This document shows, piece after piece, positions 10,881 to 22,524 of a stretch of 64,000 bases of DNA. Positions within the stretch are counted from its first letter, which is position 1. Each line of letters starts with the position of its first letter. The stretch is from Plasmodiophora brassicae (taxonomy: Eukaryota): positions 620,001-684,000 of the forward strand of contig CP145421.1 in the NCBI GenBank assembly GCA_036867785.1, given 5' to 3'. The notes below the pieces were generated by a model, which was not told the DNA's origin, searched no databases, and saw only the letters and a list, made by a program, of their open reading frames with translations. The position numbers and the translations under genes are program-made.

Positions 10881-11823
10881 CACGAAGGTGTTCTCCACGC
10901 GAGTCATCGCTGGGTTCGCGAGTACAGTGCGTATTGACTCCCTACAGTAGTTATTCAAAATTGCAATGCCACAATTGAGGCGCGATCATGGAGCGCCACC
11001 ATTAACATATTTGTGGAATTTGTGGCATACGCCACAAAGTGACCTGGCGATGCCCAGCAAATGACAGCTGATGGCGAACGATGCCTGCTGGCGCCGCGGC
11101 CGGCCGCTCACGTACGGCCTTCTCTTTCGGTGCCGCCCTTTCGCCATTCACAACTCATCGGAACAGTGTCATTTCGCCGAGCACGACCGAGCACGACCGA
11201 CCTGGAAAAGCCCCAGTAGATGCATCGTGTATTGGCGATCCTTGCTGTTGAGATTCAGGTCCTGATGACCTCCTTGACGCCCAGCTGGTTGTTGCAGTTT
11301 GGGCAGGAATGAATGCAGTCGTACGCTTGGTCGACAAAGAACGGGAGGCAACACAGGCAAGGGCAACCGACAAGGCACAGCCCGCCGCTGAGGACCCACG
11401 TACCCAATCCCGTTTCGCGCCTGGTAACGGTCGTCACCGTCGCATGGCAGTACTTGCATACCACGAGGGCCGGGATCCTTCCGAACGTCCAAGGAGGGTA
11501 GTTGACAGCGGCGGGTGGCGAGACAGCTGCGATGTCGGCAACCGCTGGAGTCGAAGCAGGCTGTCCGACTGGCTGCTGCTGGACTTGCTGCAGTTGCCAT
11601 TGCTGCTGCTGTGGTTGGTGTTGTTGCTGCTGTTGATGCTGGTGCAGCGCCATATTGTCGTCGGGGTCCACGACCTTTGTCCGGTTAGCTTCTTGATGCA
11701 TCGCACTTCAGACGTGAGCTGCGTGACGAACGCGGACAATGCACTGGAAACCTCTGTGGTTGGCCGCACGAGGTGGCCCTCCGTATTTAGCACCGAGTGT
11801 TCCATGTGACGTCCGAACGGTAC
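10715..11823. repeat. Copy B of the segmental duplication (lacks the ~5185-5555 segment of copy A)
   Basis: High identity to 5150-6580 by eye. Confidence 0.93.
11255..11701 (-). CDS. LITAF-domain protein, copy 2
   Basis: LITAF domain near-identical to copy 1; differs mainly in the Q-rich tract. Confidence 0.92.
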   Translation of the reverse strand: MHQEANRTKVVDPDDNMALHQHQQQQQHQPQQQQWQLQQVQQQPVGQPASTPAVADIAAVSPPAAVNYPPWTFGRIPALVVCKYCHATVTTVTRRETGLGTWVLSGGLCLVGCPCLCCLPFFVDQAYDCIHSCPNCNNQLGVKEVIRT

Positions 11824-12040
11824 GGAAAGCATTACCGCGGACCAGAGGAACACCCACGTGCGTAGGAATTGGCACATATTTGGTGCATGTTCTTCTGGAG
11901 CGGCGCCTGGAGCAGGCCCCTCTGCTGTCAGGTTCAACTGACTCACGCGTTGACCGACTGCCGTCGGTCCGCGGTCGTCTCGGACTTTATTGCCGTCGGC
12001 GCCATTTGAGGCGCCATTTGCCAACGCGCCCGTTCAGGCG

Positions 12041-12620
12041 TTACATCAGATTCGGTCTATTCCTGGCACGTCTGCGGCCAGGCCCGGGCTTGTCTGGGTA
12101 GCGTCGGTGGAATTCTGCGATTGCGCGGTCAAGTCCCCCGGTGCCTCGTAGGGAGGTGGCCGGTTCCCAAGTCCGTTCTGAGGCCGGGTATCCGTCCCAG
12201 TCGAGGAAGTAGAACAGGCGGCCGTTCCGGAATCGCGAATCGAGGATGTCGTTGACCACGTACAGCGGCGCATCTTCCCCTTCGAGAACGATCGGATCTG
12301 GTGGTGCCGGTTGACGCCCAGGAATAACGCTAGGAACGTATGGTTCCAGCAACGACGAGTGAAACACGTTGTGCATGCGGCACGTGGCGGGCAGCGCGAG
12401 TTCGAATGCGACCTTGTTGACGACCTTCGTTACCTTGTAAGGTCCGAGCATGGTGACGTCCAGTTTGTCGCAGGGTCGGCCAGTTTGCAGTGCGCCTTTA
12501 CGCAGCATGACGAGATCACCTGCCTTGTATGTCGGGCACGGTATCCTGCTCCGATCCGCGAAGTGCTTCATCGATCGCACCGCTCGTTCGAGGTTCCGTC
12601 GCAGGGCCGCGCCTCCGCAA
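12041..12620 (-). mobile_element. Ty3/Gypsy chromovirus remnant (integrase C-terminal GPY/F module + chromodomain)
   Basis: YKAGDLVML..KLD...GPYKV......FELALP....HNVFHSSLLEPY then YVVNDILDSR.....YFLDWDGYPASERTWEP. No RT, integrase core or LTR seen. Confidence 0.9.
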
Positions 12621-12689
12621 GGCTTCATCTCGCAGTCCCCATTTAATTGGTAGTCGGGAGCCGGCCTAAGTTGCACGAGCTATATTGCG

Positions 12690-13200
12690 TTCGCATGACG
12701 CAATATCAGGCGCGTCCACCTCATTGTCGTCTTCTCGTCGGGATTCTTGGTCTGCTCGAAGCGCTCGACGTCCATTCGCGGCATCCAGGAGCAGTCTGCC
12801 GACGATGCGCTGCAGTTTCGCTGCAACGTCAGGAGCCACGTTCTTCGCCAGCAGCTCGTTCAGCTGTTAACGAGGGCCCAAGTTGGTGACTGAATCCACG
12901 ATAACCTGCGTTGCAATGCCGACGCGCATCTGCTGATCGGTCAAGAGCCCGACCGATTAACCGCATGAACTCGTCGGCCACCGTATGCAGATCGTCTCGC
13001 CTAATTTTTCCAGCACGAGCCGCTGCTTGGGACAGATTCTCGACGTGGATGGGGCGCCACTGCGGCATCAAATCGATGACTGCCCGGATTTCAGGGTCGA
13101 ACTTGGCCAGCTCCAACTTCTCGTTGTACTTCGTCAGCGCCGGATTGAGATGCGCGACCTTGATGTTGCAGATCTCCTCCGCACGAAGATACAGCGAGGG
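12690..13200 (-). pseudogene. Second, decayed and internally deleted member of the same tyrosine-recombinase family
   Basis: LYLRAEEICNI ~ LFLRADEIVDI; VIDLMPQWRPIHVENL ~ VLALTPKWEPIFLENL; in another frame after a stop, QLNELLAKNVAP ~ QLEQLLQTHVP. Confidence 0.68.
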
Positions 13201-13737
13201 CCTCATAGAGGGGGTACCCTGTAGACTGATTGTAAAACTGGTTGAACTGGTTGCCTTATCTTGCCTATGCTTGCCGCTTGGTTGCTTCGTCATCAGCAGT
13301 TCAGTGCCCAATCACAACGCTACCTACGTCTACGGTCCGAAATGCCACGAAAGCCCCTGACTCGACCAGAACTTTGACGTGTTCCTTGACGTCGCACGGA
13401 TTGACACCAGATGATGACGCCGTCTGCGAGTCCGCCTCCAAATCATCAAGTCGCGTCAACATTTGCTTCCGGTGCTTCGCCCACAGCTCGCCGACACGGC
13501 CACACGTTCACCACTGCAAGCGTGTGTAGCACGGGACGCCAACGACCGCCACGACGTCCTGGATAGACCCGACAAATTACAAGCTCGGCAAGGCCCTCCG
13601 TCCTCCTGCCCCAGCTGCCACTGCAATCGCAACGTGCACTCTAATCACCGCAACCCCCAACTGGGAGACGCGGAGCTATGCCAACGGCAGGACGTAAACG
13701 GATCGAATAGTCGAACAGTGTAATATTTCGGATGCCC

Positions 13738-15013
13738 TCACTGTCTGCGACGTTTGGCAGGCGGTTCACGTTCGCGGTTTCGGCCGGATTCGCGGTAACG
13801 ATAAGAGTCGCGTCTGGGAGGCGGGCTGGGTGGTCGCCGACGCCGCCGAGATGGATCTACAGAACGTGAGCGGTCCCGCACACGACGACCTGAGTCGGCA
13901 GCAAAGGGCCTGCGTCGAGAGTCACCACGACCCCGACCAGATCGCTGTGGTGAGCGTCGTATGGATGACACGTCTGAGGTAACATTGCGACGGTTCGTAT
14001 CTAACGTAGTCGGATGCGTACTGGATGCGCCCACATCGCGGTCAACCTTAGCTTGTGGTTCAGGGGATGGCATCTTTGGCGAAGGGCTCCTCTTGGTGGG
14101 ATCTTCATCAGAAGTCGCGGATGTCGCTTTCTCGACTGGTGACCGGTCTTCAGCAGGAGGCGTCGGCAAACCAGCAGCTTGCACGGGTGGGGACGGTGAG
14201 CCAGATGCGGTCGGTGGTGGAGGCGCTTGCAATTCGGCTGACATTGTCGGTGACCTTATGCTCAGCTGCGGCGGCGACTTCGGCTGGTTCTTTGCGAGGT
14301 TCGCCAGAGGCGAATTGCCTGACTTGAAGTCCTGAACAGCCTTGGCGATGCCCCGATTCGGCCTGAGATCATCGGTTGATATGCCTTTGACGCCACACGA
14401 CGGGCAGCGAAGGTGCGAATTCGATAAGATTGCCTGTCGAACACAAGCAGAACAGTATGTCGCAAAGCAACACGGTGTGACGACCGGATCAGAGAACAAA
14501 GACCGACACAACTTGCAGGTCAATTTCTCGTTCACACTGGTCGGCACACCAGCAGGCGGGATCGCTGGTGATGGTGTGGGACGTTCGACGCCATTCGTGC
14601 TAGCAGGAGCCGTCGATGCGGGTTGCGGCGGTCGAGGCCGGTCGGCAACGCCATTTGGCGAGGTATTTACTACTTCAGCATTCTGAAGGACGCGCACGCT
14701 AGCCGCATGTACAGCGGGAACGCGCTTCACTTCTACCGATGTATTCTTTGGGATCAGGTAGTTTTCCGATGAGTATTCTACGGGAATCGAGTATCGTCAG
14801 TTCACCATTAAAATCCCCTAAGCACGGAACGATCATCCTACTTTCTCCCGTTTGTGCATTGGTGATGATGAAGTCGAAATCGCGGTTTGACGGATCCGTC
14901 TTCTCTTGAGCGACGATGGCGCGCTTCAGTTCGTTCAGGGAGATGGCGGCCGAGTCGAACGTGATGGTTCCCCACTTCTTCGAAGCGGACCTGAACTTGT
15001 AGTGCACGCTCAT
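13738..15013 (-). CDS. RBBP6: RBBP6/Mpe1-like protein (DWNN ubiquitin-like + RING + RS-rich tail), one intron ~14780-14840
   Basis: MSVHYKFRS..ITFD..LKRAI..FDFIITNAQTGE|EYSSENYLIPKNTSVEVKRVP; RING LTCKLC..TPCC..YCSAC..CPSC. Confidence 0.88.
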
Positions 15014-15546
15014 GGCTCGCCGCTCGTATCAGCCTCCGCTATTCGCACCCGCCGCCGACGACGACGCGTTTGGTCGTTGGACGCGATCGACTCGAACCGT
15101 ACCAACTCTGACGGACTTTAAGGAATGTGCGTGACTCACCACTGGTGGCGCACTGACGCGTCACAGTCTCCCAGAGAACTTGCCATGGAACGTTCCAGAA
15201 CCTCACCGGGATTCGCAACATCGTCTGCCAGCTAAGGTTACTTTGCAGTGTACACTGCAATCGCGGTAGTAGCCCGTGTGCCTTCAGCCAGTATTTGGAC
15301 GTCGAGCGTGTCCGGTGCCTCGTTCACATGGCCACAGATATTATTAAACGAAGATATGCCTAGTAGATCGCTCTTTGTGAGGTATAGAACTCAGGTTGCC
15401 GTACAGATCAGCCGCATAACGCTAACGAGAGGATGACCCCGAGGCGCCACCCGTTTCTGCGGCGTGGCGGAGTGCACCGTGCACGTCCCCGGACGGGATC
15501 CGTGTACGCCCCTTATTCGGATTGCGGAAGATCGCCTATACGATCC

Positions 15547-18500
15547 ATGTTGTTCTTTGTTAACGGGCAGCGGATAGAGGTCAATGACGACCTCGTTGAC
15601 GTCAACGTCACCGTGCTCCAGTTTCTTCGCGACAGTTTGCAGCTGACCGGCACGAAACTGGCGTGCCATGAGGCGAGGTATGTTCATTGTGCAATGTCAC
15701 GCGACGATGCATGATAACGTTCCTGCTTGCAGCTGTGGATCATGCATTGGTAATTGTCATGGACCCAGTGCATGCGCGTACTGACTGTTGGAAAGTCTTG
15801 GTGTCCCATTTCGATCATCGCGCCGGACGAATCGTCCATCGTTCCGTAAACGCGTGTATAGCGCCGCTGTGTTCTGTTGCGGATAAGGCCATTACGACAA
15901 TCGAAGGTGTGTTGCCGATTGCCCACTCGTGAATGCGAAACTGACGACCTTTAGGGATATCGTCAGCTGGGAAGTTGCACCCAATCCAAGAACGTCTGGT
16001 GGAATCGAACGGGTCGCAGGTTAGCTCTTGGGTCGACGTATCGACCGTGTACTGATTGCTGCTGTGCTAGTGCGGATTCTGCACTCCTGGAAGTAGGCTT
16101 GGCAACGCGCATCACCCGACATTTCCGACTCTGACCACATTTGCAGTTGTGATGAGTGTATATAGCCTGCTACAAAGTGAGGAGAACCCAACCCTTGAAC
16201 AGTTGGAATCGTCACTGGACGGCAACCTTTGTCGCTGTACAGGATACCGACCCATCGTGGGTATGTACTGTTATGCCGAACCGGTGGGCAACTTGTTCAT
16301 ACGGCGATCCAGATGCCCTATCCGCGCTCTGTCGAACGTCATGCGGCAACGCGAACGGGGATATTGAGGATATAGGGAAGACGAAGGCGCCTCTACAGCA
16401 AACGATCTCGGATCCTGACCTTGCGGTGGCCAACGACCCAAATACGGTCGCGGGAACGAGCAAAGCACCCGCCTCGCTGAACTTCCCGAAAGACCTCATC
16501 TACAAGGTCCCGACACGGCTCGTACTGGGCCAGGAAGAAGACTCGACGATGTGGTTTCGCCCGATAACGATGAAAGAGCTGCTGTACCTCAAGGACTTAC
16601 ACCGGTCCAACGCCAGGATTGCAGTCGGGTTCACAGAACTGTATGCCCACAGTGGCTTGCGGGTGCTTGCTTGCACAGGAATTTGTGTTTAAATGGTTCG
16701 TACAGGGGTATTGAGAAGCACTTCAAGCGTTCGCGCTTCCCGAGCTGCATATCTCCCGTCTCTGTGCCAGAAATGACGGCCATTCGAATCTCCGACGTCG
16801 GCCTTGAACTGGGAGCGGCTGTCACAATCTCTGATCTGGATGCCGCTTTGGCGCATGCCATAGACACCATGGATCCTCTGAAAACGATCTTCTTCAAAGA
16901 ATTCAGGCAGCAGATTCGTCGCTTCGCAGGTAACGTTCGTAGAGTCTGGACGTACGTCTATCACGACCCCAACTCGATGTGTATAGGACATTCGGTGCGG
17001 AATGTGGGCTCTATCGGAGGCAACCTCATCACTGTAAAACTGAACCGTTTTCGTAGTGGTGGATTGCTTACCGTCGCTGTTGTTCGCAGGCTTCTCCAAT
17101 ATCAGATCTCAATCCACTTCACAGTGCGTGCTCCTCCATCTTGACGTTCGAATCGATGTCACGCGGCGCCCGAACGACCACAGCCGATAAGTTGTTCATA
17201 ACCTATCGAGTCGTTGATTGCCGGGATGATGAAGTTCTTGTGAAAGTGACGATTCCATTCAGCCCTCCACCTGGTACGTCCGCGCTTCTTGTCCACAGAG
17301 CCAGCCACTCTCGCTTAGGCCGGACCACAGAAACTCACTTTCGAGCCTTCAAAGTCTCACGTCGTCGCGACGATGACATTGCAATCGTCTGCGCCGGGAT
17401 GTTCATGCGATTACATCCCGTAAACAGGAGTATCCTGCAATGCTCCCTGGCATTTGGTGGAATGGTAGTCCGAGATGGTTTGAAACGTTCGTCTGCTGAC
17501 GTGATCCTACAGGCGCCTGTTACCCTGCAAGCTAAGGAGACATCACGTTACTGCATCGGCAAGACGTTTTCGAGTTCTCTATTCAAAGACATTATCCCGA
17601 TTCTTCAACGGGATTTACCGCTGCCGGACAACGCGCCAGGCGGAATGGCCCATTACCGAAGGACGCTTGCCCTGTCACTTGTCCTCAAATTTTTCCTCGC
17701 CGTATCTGGCAACGATAGTCGGGACTCGGCTGCAACGTCCGCGTTCACTCGACCGCCTTGCAAAGGCCTCCAGTATTTCAATGTTTCTCCTCCCTTGCCA
17801 AGGTTCGGGAGTTCGTGAACTCTCTATTGTTGACCTAACGGTCTTTCCAACAGCGAATGTATCGGAAAGGGGATCGCCCACAAAGCTGGCAAACTACACG
17901 TCACTGGAACCGCTACGTACAGCGATGATACGGCCGTTCGTCCTCGCGCCCTTTATGCGGCGCTCGTAACGAGCACGAAACCTCACGCTCTTCTAAGAGC
18001 GGTCCGCTGGGAGAAGGCATTGGCCGCTCCTGGTGTCCACAGGTACGTCTTGGCAAGCTGTCTGCGAACAAACCATAAGCAACGACCCCACGTGCAGTTA
18101 CCTTGACCATGAGTCGGTTCCGGGCAGCAACGCCATGGGCCCTGTCGTCCTGGACGAGGAATTGTTTGCGAGCAAGGAAGTCCACTGTGTCGGGGCGGTA
18201 ATCGGGGCCGTCCTCGCAGATACGGATGAACATGCTCAGGTTGTACCACCGCTACGTCAACGTTGCACTGGCCGTCATGTGAGACTTAGCTCGTACGCAG
18301 GACGCTGCGCGGCTGGTTGAAATTGACTATGAGCCACTGCCATTTGTTCTGACCATCCAAGAGGCCATCGCTGCGGGATCGTTCTTTGAACCTTTGCACC
18401 CTCTTTCCATCGAAACGGGGAATCTGGATGCTGCGCTGCAACGTTCTGAGGTATGGCTTTGCGTCTATGCGAGATTCGAGCCTAAACCCGCTGTTCAGGT

Positions 18501-20928
18501 GATCGTGGAGGGCGCGGTCAATGTTGGCGCCCAAGAGCATTTTTACATGGAGCCTCAGGTATGCAGGCTCTTTGAGCGATAATGAGTCCCTGACCCTGGC
18601 ACAGACCTGCATTGCTACGCCGGGCGAAGACAACGAAATTGAAGTGGTCACCTCAACACAAAACCCCACGAAGGCGCAAACGTAATGTCGGGAGTCACAT
18701 TGTGCCGAATAGTGGTGCTTAAGTCACTCTACGCCAGGTACGCTGCCAAGGCTCTTGGCATAGAACGCAATCGAGTTGTTGTGCGAGTGAAGCGCCTTGG
18801 TGGTGGGTTTGGCGGGAAGGAGACTCGCAGCGTTTTCGTTAGCAGCATTGCAGCCGTGGGGGCGGCTGCATCTCGTCGTCAAGTTATACCTGTAGCAGTG
18901 GCTTGCTGGCCCATATCTCACGTTTAGTGTCAGGTGCGATGCGTGCTTCCTCGGGACGTTGACATGTGCATCACCGGGACAAGACATGCCTTCTACGCGA
19001 CGTATCGCATTGGCAGCACTCGTGACGGATACCTGCAGGCTGCTGATATCCAACTGTATTCGAATGGAGGGTGCTCGCAGGATCTCAGCGTCCCTGTCAT
19101 GGAACGTGCAATTTTCCATGCGGAGAACGCGTACCTGGTGCCGGCCCTTCGATGTGTCGGGAAGGTCTGTCGCACGAATACTCCTTCGAATACGGTACCT
19201 GCAGACACTTAACGCTTTATTCGCTAACATGTGGACTAACGATCATCTCGTAGGCATTTCGCGGGTTTGGCGGCCCACAATCCATGTTCATTGCAGAGAC
19301 ATGGATGGAGCACCTTGCTAGAACCCTATCGATCGATCGCCATGACTTGATTCGACGTAACCTGCTGAGAGCCGTACCCGATTCAATGACGTACTTTGGT
19401 CAAGCGGTCAGGCTTTGCCGATCAGATATGAGGCCATCTTGGTCTGATCCCATTGCAGATCCCCGATTGTCCTTTGACTCAGATGTGGAGCGACCTGATG
19501 CGTGTGGCCGACGTCGAAAACCGCCGTGTAGGCTCTGTACGTATATACGAATCTGATCTGCGCTCTGATGCTGTTCTAGGCGGAGGCACAACGGTTCAAT
19601 TCTGAGAGCAAGTACGTAAAGAAGGGCATTGCTTGTGTCCCAACCAAGTTTGGAATGAGTTTCACGCTGAAGGTATCGTAAAACATCAGGCAGGCCCTTC
19701 TTGACACCGTTAACGCCTCTGTTAGTTTATGAACCAAGCCAGCGCGTTGGTCCACGTGTACACGGATGGCACGGTTCTCGTCAGCCACGGTGGCACCGAA
19801 ATGGGACAGGGATTGCACACAAAGATGTGCGCTGTCGCAGCACACGAACTAGGAATCGGCTTCGACCAGGTCCACATCAGTGAAACGGCAACAGATAAGG
19901 TCAGCTTTGCCATGTGCCGAATCGATACGTGGTAGCCAACCTCGCGAACAGGTCGCCAATACGCAACCAACGGCGGCTTCTGTCAGTGCAGACCTAAACG
20001 GGGCTGCGATACAAGACGCTTGCCGACAGGTTGGAATGCGTATCCTGTGCGCGCGCGTTGCTGTCTCAGTGTTTATGCCTAGATCAATGAACGACTCGCG
20101 CCATTCCGTGCACAGTTACCTCCTGAAGCAACGTTTGCTGAGGTTGTGACCTTGGCGAACTTCAATCGCGCCTGCCTGTCTGCCTACGGTTTCTACCGGT
20201 AAACGATTGCAAGGTGTCTTTTTCGCTGAGTTGTGACTCGTTCACCGAACAGCACTCCCGATCTTGACTTTTCCTGGGAATCTGGGAAGGGGCGACCGTT
20301 CCACTATTTCTCATATGGGGTTGCGTGCGCGGAGGTCCAGCTAGACTGTCTGACAGGGGACATTCTCGTTCAGCGCGTCGACATCATTCACGATGTTGGC
20401 GATTCCCTAAATCCCACTATCGATATTGGCCAGATCGAAGGAGGATTCGTTCAAGGATACGGCCTGTTCTGCCTCGGTTTGGAAACGATCCTCCAACGTT
20501 GTTACTAACCGTTCTCAACCCAATCCATAGAGGAGCTGGTAACCACGCCTCAAGGCGCTTTATTCACCCGGGGTCCAAGCACATACAAAATCCCATCGTG
20601 TACTGACATACCAGTGGACTTCCGAGTTACTCTCCATCAAGACGAATCCCGTCTGGCACCGTTGTTCAATGACCTGCTCCTCCCGTACTGACGGTCACTG
20701 TCTGTAGGGGCAACGACGTCAAAGTTGACCACTATCTACAGCTCGAAGGGTGTCGGTGAACCTCCCCTGTTCCTGGGGTCGTCCGTCTTCTTCGCTGCCA
20801 AGGAGGCCGTCTATGCGTATCGCGACGACCCATCGTACTTCCAGCTCGATTCCCCGGCCACCTGTGAACGACTTCGGCTGGCGTGCGTGGACGAACTGAC
20901 GAGAGCGTCAGCGTCTCCCCCAGCGTAA
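15547..20928 (+). CDS. XDH: Xanthine dehydrogenase (2Fe-2S/FAD/Moco), roughly 25-27 short introns by hand count
   Basis: [117 protein letters not shown]. Confidence 0.97.
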
Positions 20929-21039
20929 TGCTGCTTTCGTGGATAAAGTGATTCGTCAGTCGTACTTGGCGTATCCTGTGCATTGGGATACCTATTAGAG
21001 GTAGTCGGCCGCAATCGGTCGCAATCTTTACTCGGACTC

Positions 21040-21222
21040 ATGCTAACACCTATCTGCATTGCTGCGGTCATCGTCCTGGTCCTGCTGGTCATCATCCGAT
21101 GGTTTCGTCCCGGTCGAGAACCCCACATCGAGCCAGCAACCCGCCCACAACCAAGCGCACCCGAGTTCGTGTACGAACCCATGCCATCCGCGCCGTCGCT
21201 GCTCCCCGAGCACCATTGGTGA
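21040..21222 (+). CDS. Putative 60-aa single-pass membrane microprotein with two PSAP motifs
   Basis: MLTPICIAAVIVLVLLVIIRWFR (hydrophobic helix + basic flank), then QPSAPEF and MPSAPSL. Confidence 0.5.
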   Translation: MLTPICIAAVIVLVLLVIIRWFRPGREPHIEPATRPQPSAPEFVYEPMPSAPSLLPEHHW

Positions 21223-21271
21223 GCCTCTGCCGAGCAGGACACCACAGATCGGCCACTCTGCTGTATAATAA

Positions 21272-22524
21272 TCAGCCCGCTTGATCCCCTGGGATGGATC
21301 TCAGGAAGTTGATTCGAGCAACAATCTCAGCGCATTGTCGCGCCGAGCGCGCCCGATAATAGACGGGGATGATCTCGTTCGCCTCGATGTTCCGAAACAG
21401 GATCCGGAAACTGAGCGGCTTGTTCTTGCACGTTTCGACACCGACGACGTCGGCAATCGGGCGGCAGCTCCTCTTGACCGTCCCAGACACGGACGTGTTG
21501 TACAGGTTGTGCCGATCGATGCCGAGGATCCGATGCTGCTTACGACCCCAGCGATTCGTCTTCCGCACGGACCATTCCGAATAGGTCGACGCGCTCTCCT
21601 CGGTGAACATGAAGCTGGACGGCTCGGGAGCATCACCGATCTCCGTCGGCAGGATGATAAACTCCTGAGAACATCGTCGCAGATCCAGCGACGGTTGCAG
21701 AAGGTTCGAGACGGGCGTGTCCAGATCGAGCGTATCGCGCTCGTTGCTGTAGTGGAACGAGTAGTCGTCTGCCGACAGAGTCTGGGCCCGCTTCCTTGAC
21801 AGCATGTCGAGCACTGCAGTGCCAGCATCAGCAACGTCGAAGCACGTCGCGATGTTTACGTACCATCTTTGAGGTGCTGGCCTTCGACAATCGGCAGGAT
21901 GTGGCACTCGTTCTTGGGCATGTGCACCCGCAGCAAACGGCAGGGCGACGATGACTCCCAGGAATCGATGCTGAGCGCAGGACTGCGTTTACGGTGGCAC
22001 ATCGCGACCCTACCGACGTCGAACGACCGCAGATCGATCGCTGAATCGAGCGGAGGCAGGTCCAGATCGGGGATATCGTCACGGTCCTCATCATCGAGCA
22101 AGCGCAAGTCATAGTCGCCGGTCCACCCTCTAAGCTGGTGCTGCTGAACCAACAATGAGATGACGTTGTCCACCGTGTGCAAGTTTCTCGTCAGTTGCAC
22201 TCGGCATAACCCGATCCCATCGGGAACAATCACATCGATATGCCTTCGGCTGCCATCGGGGTTGTCGGACCGCACCCTCAGCGACGCCGTTAACATCGAC
22301 GTGTGGGATTTGGCCGGCGAACTCGTGTCGACACGCTGCTTGACGAACATCTCGGTGAACGCGGGCTCAGGCGAATCCGGTGGCGCCGGGATCGGTCGAC
22401 CCCGAGTCGCGGCCGGCAACGCCACGTCCCGCGGGCACGGGCTGGACGCCAAGCTGGCATCGTCGTCCGATGCACTGCCGATCGTCACGGCCCCGTCCAG
22501 AACCGCGGTCGGGATGCGGATCAT
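21272..22524 (-). CDS. SIN1: SIN1/MAPKAP1-like TORC2 subunit (CRIM, RBD-like, PH); start uncertain
   Basis: CRIM-like YDLRLLDDED..IPDLDLPPLD; PH YSEWSVRKTNRWGRKQHRILGID...CAEIVARINFL. Confidence 0.8.

Noticed and set aside
11830-12040. Expected PPT and 3' LTR after the chromodomain
   Set aside because: No purine tract or TG...CA repeat identifiable.
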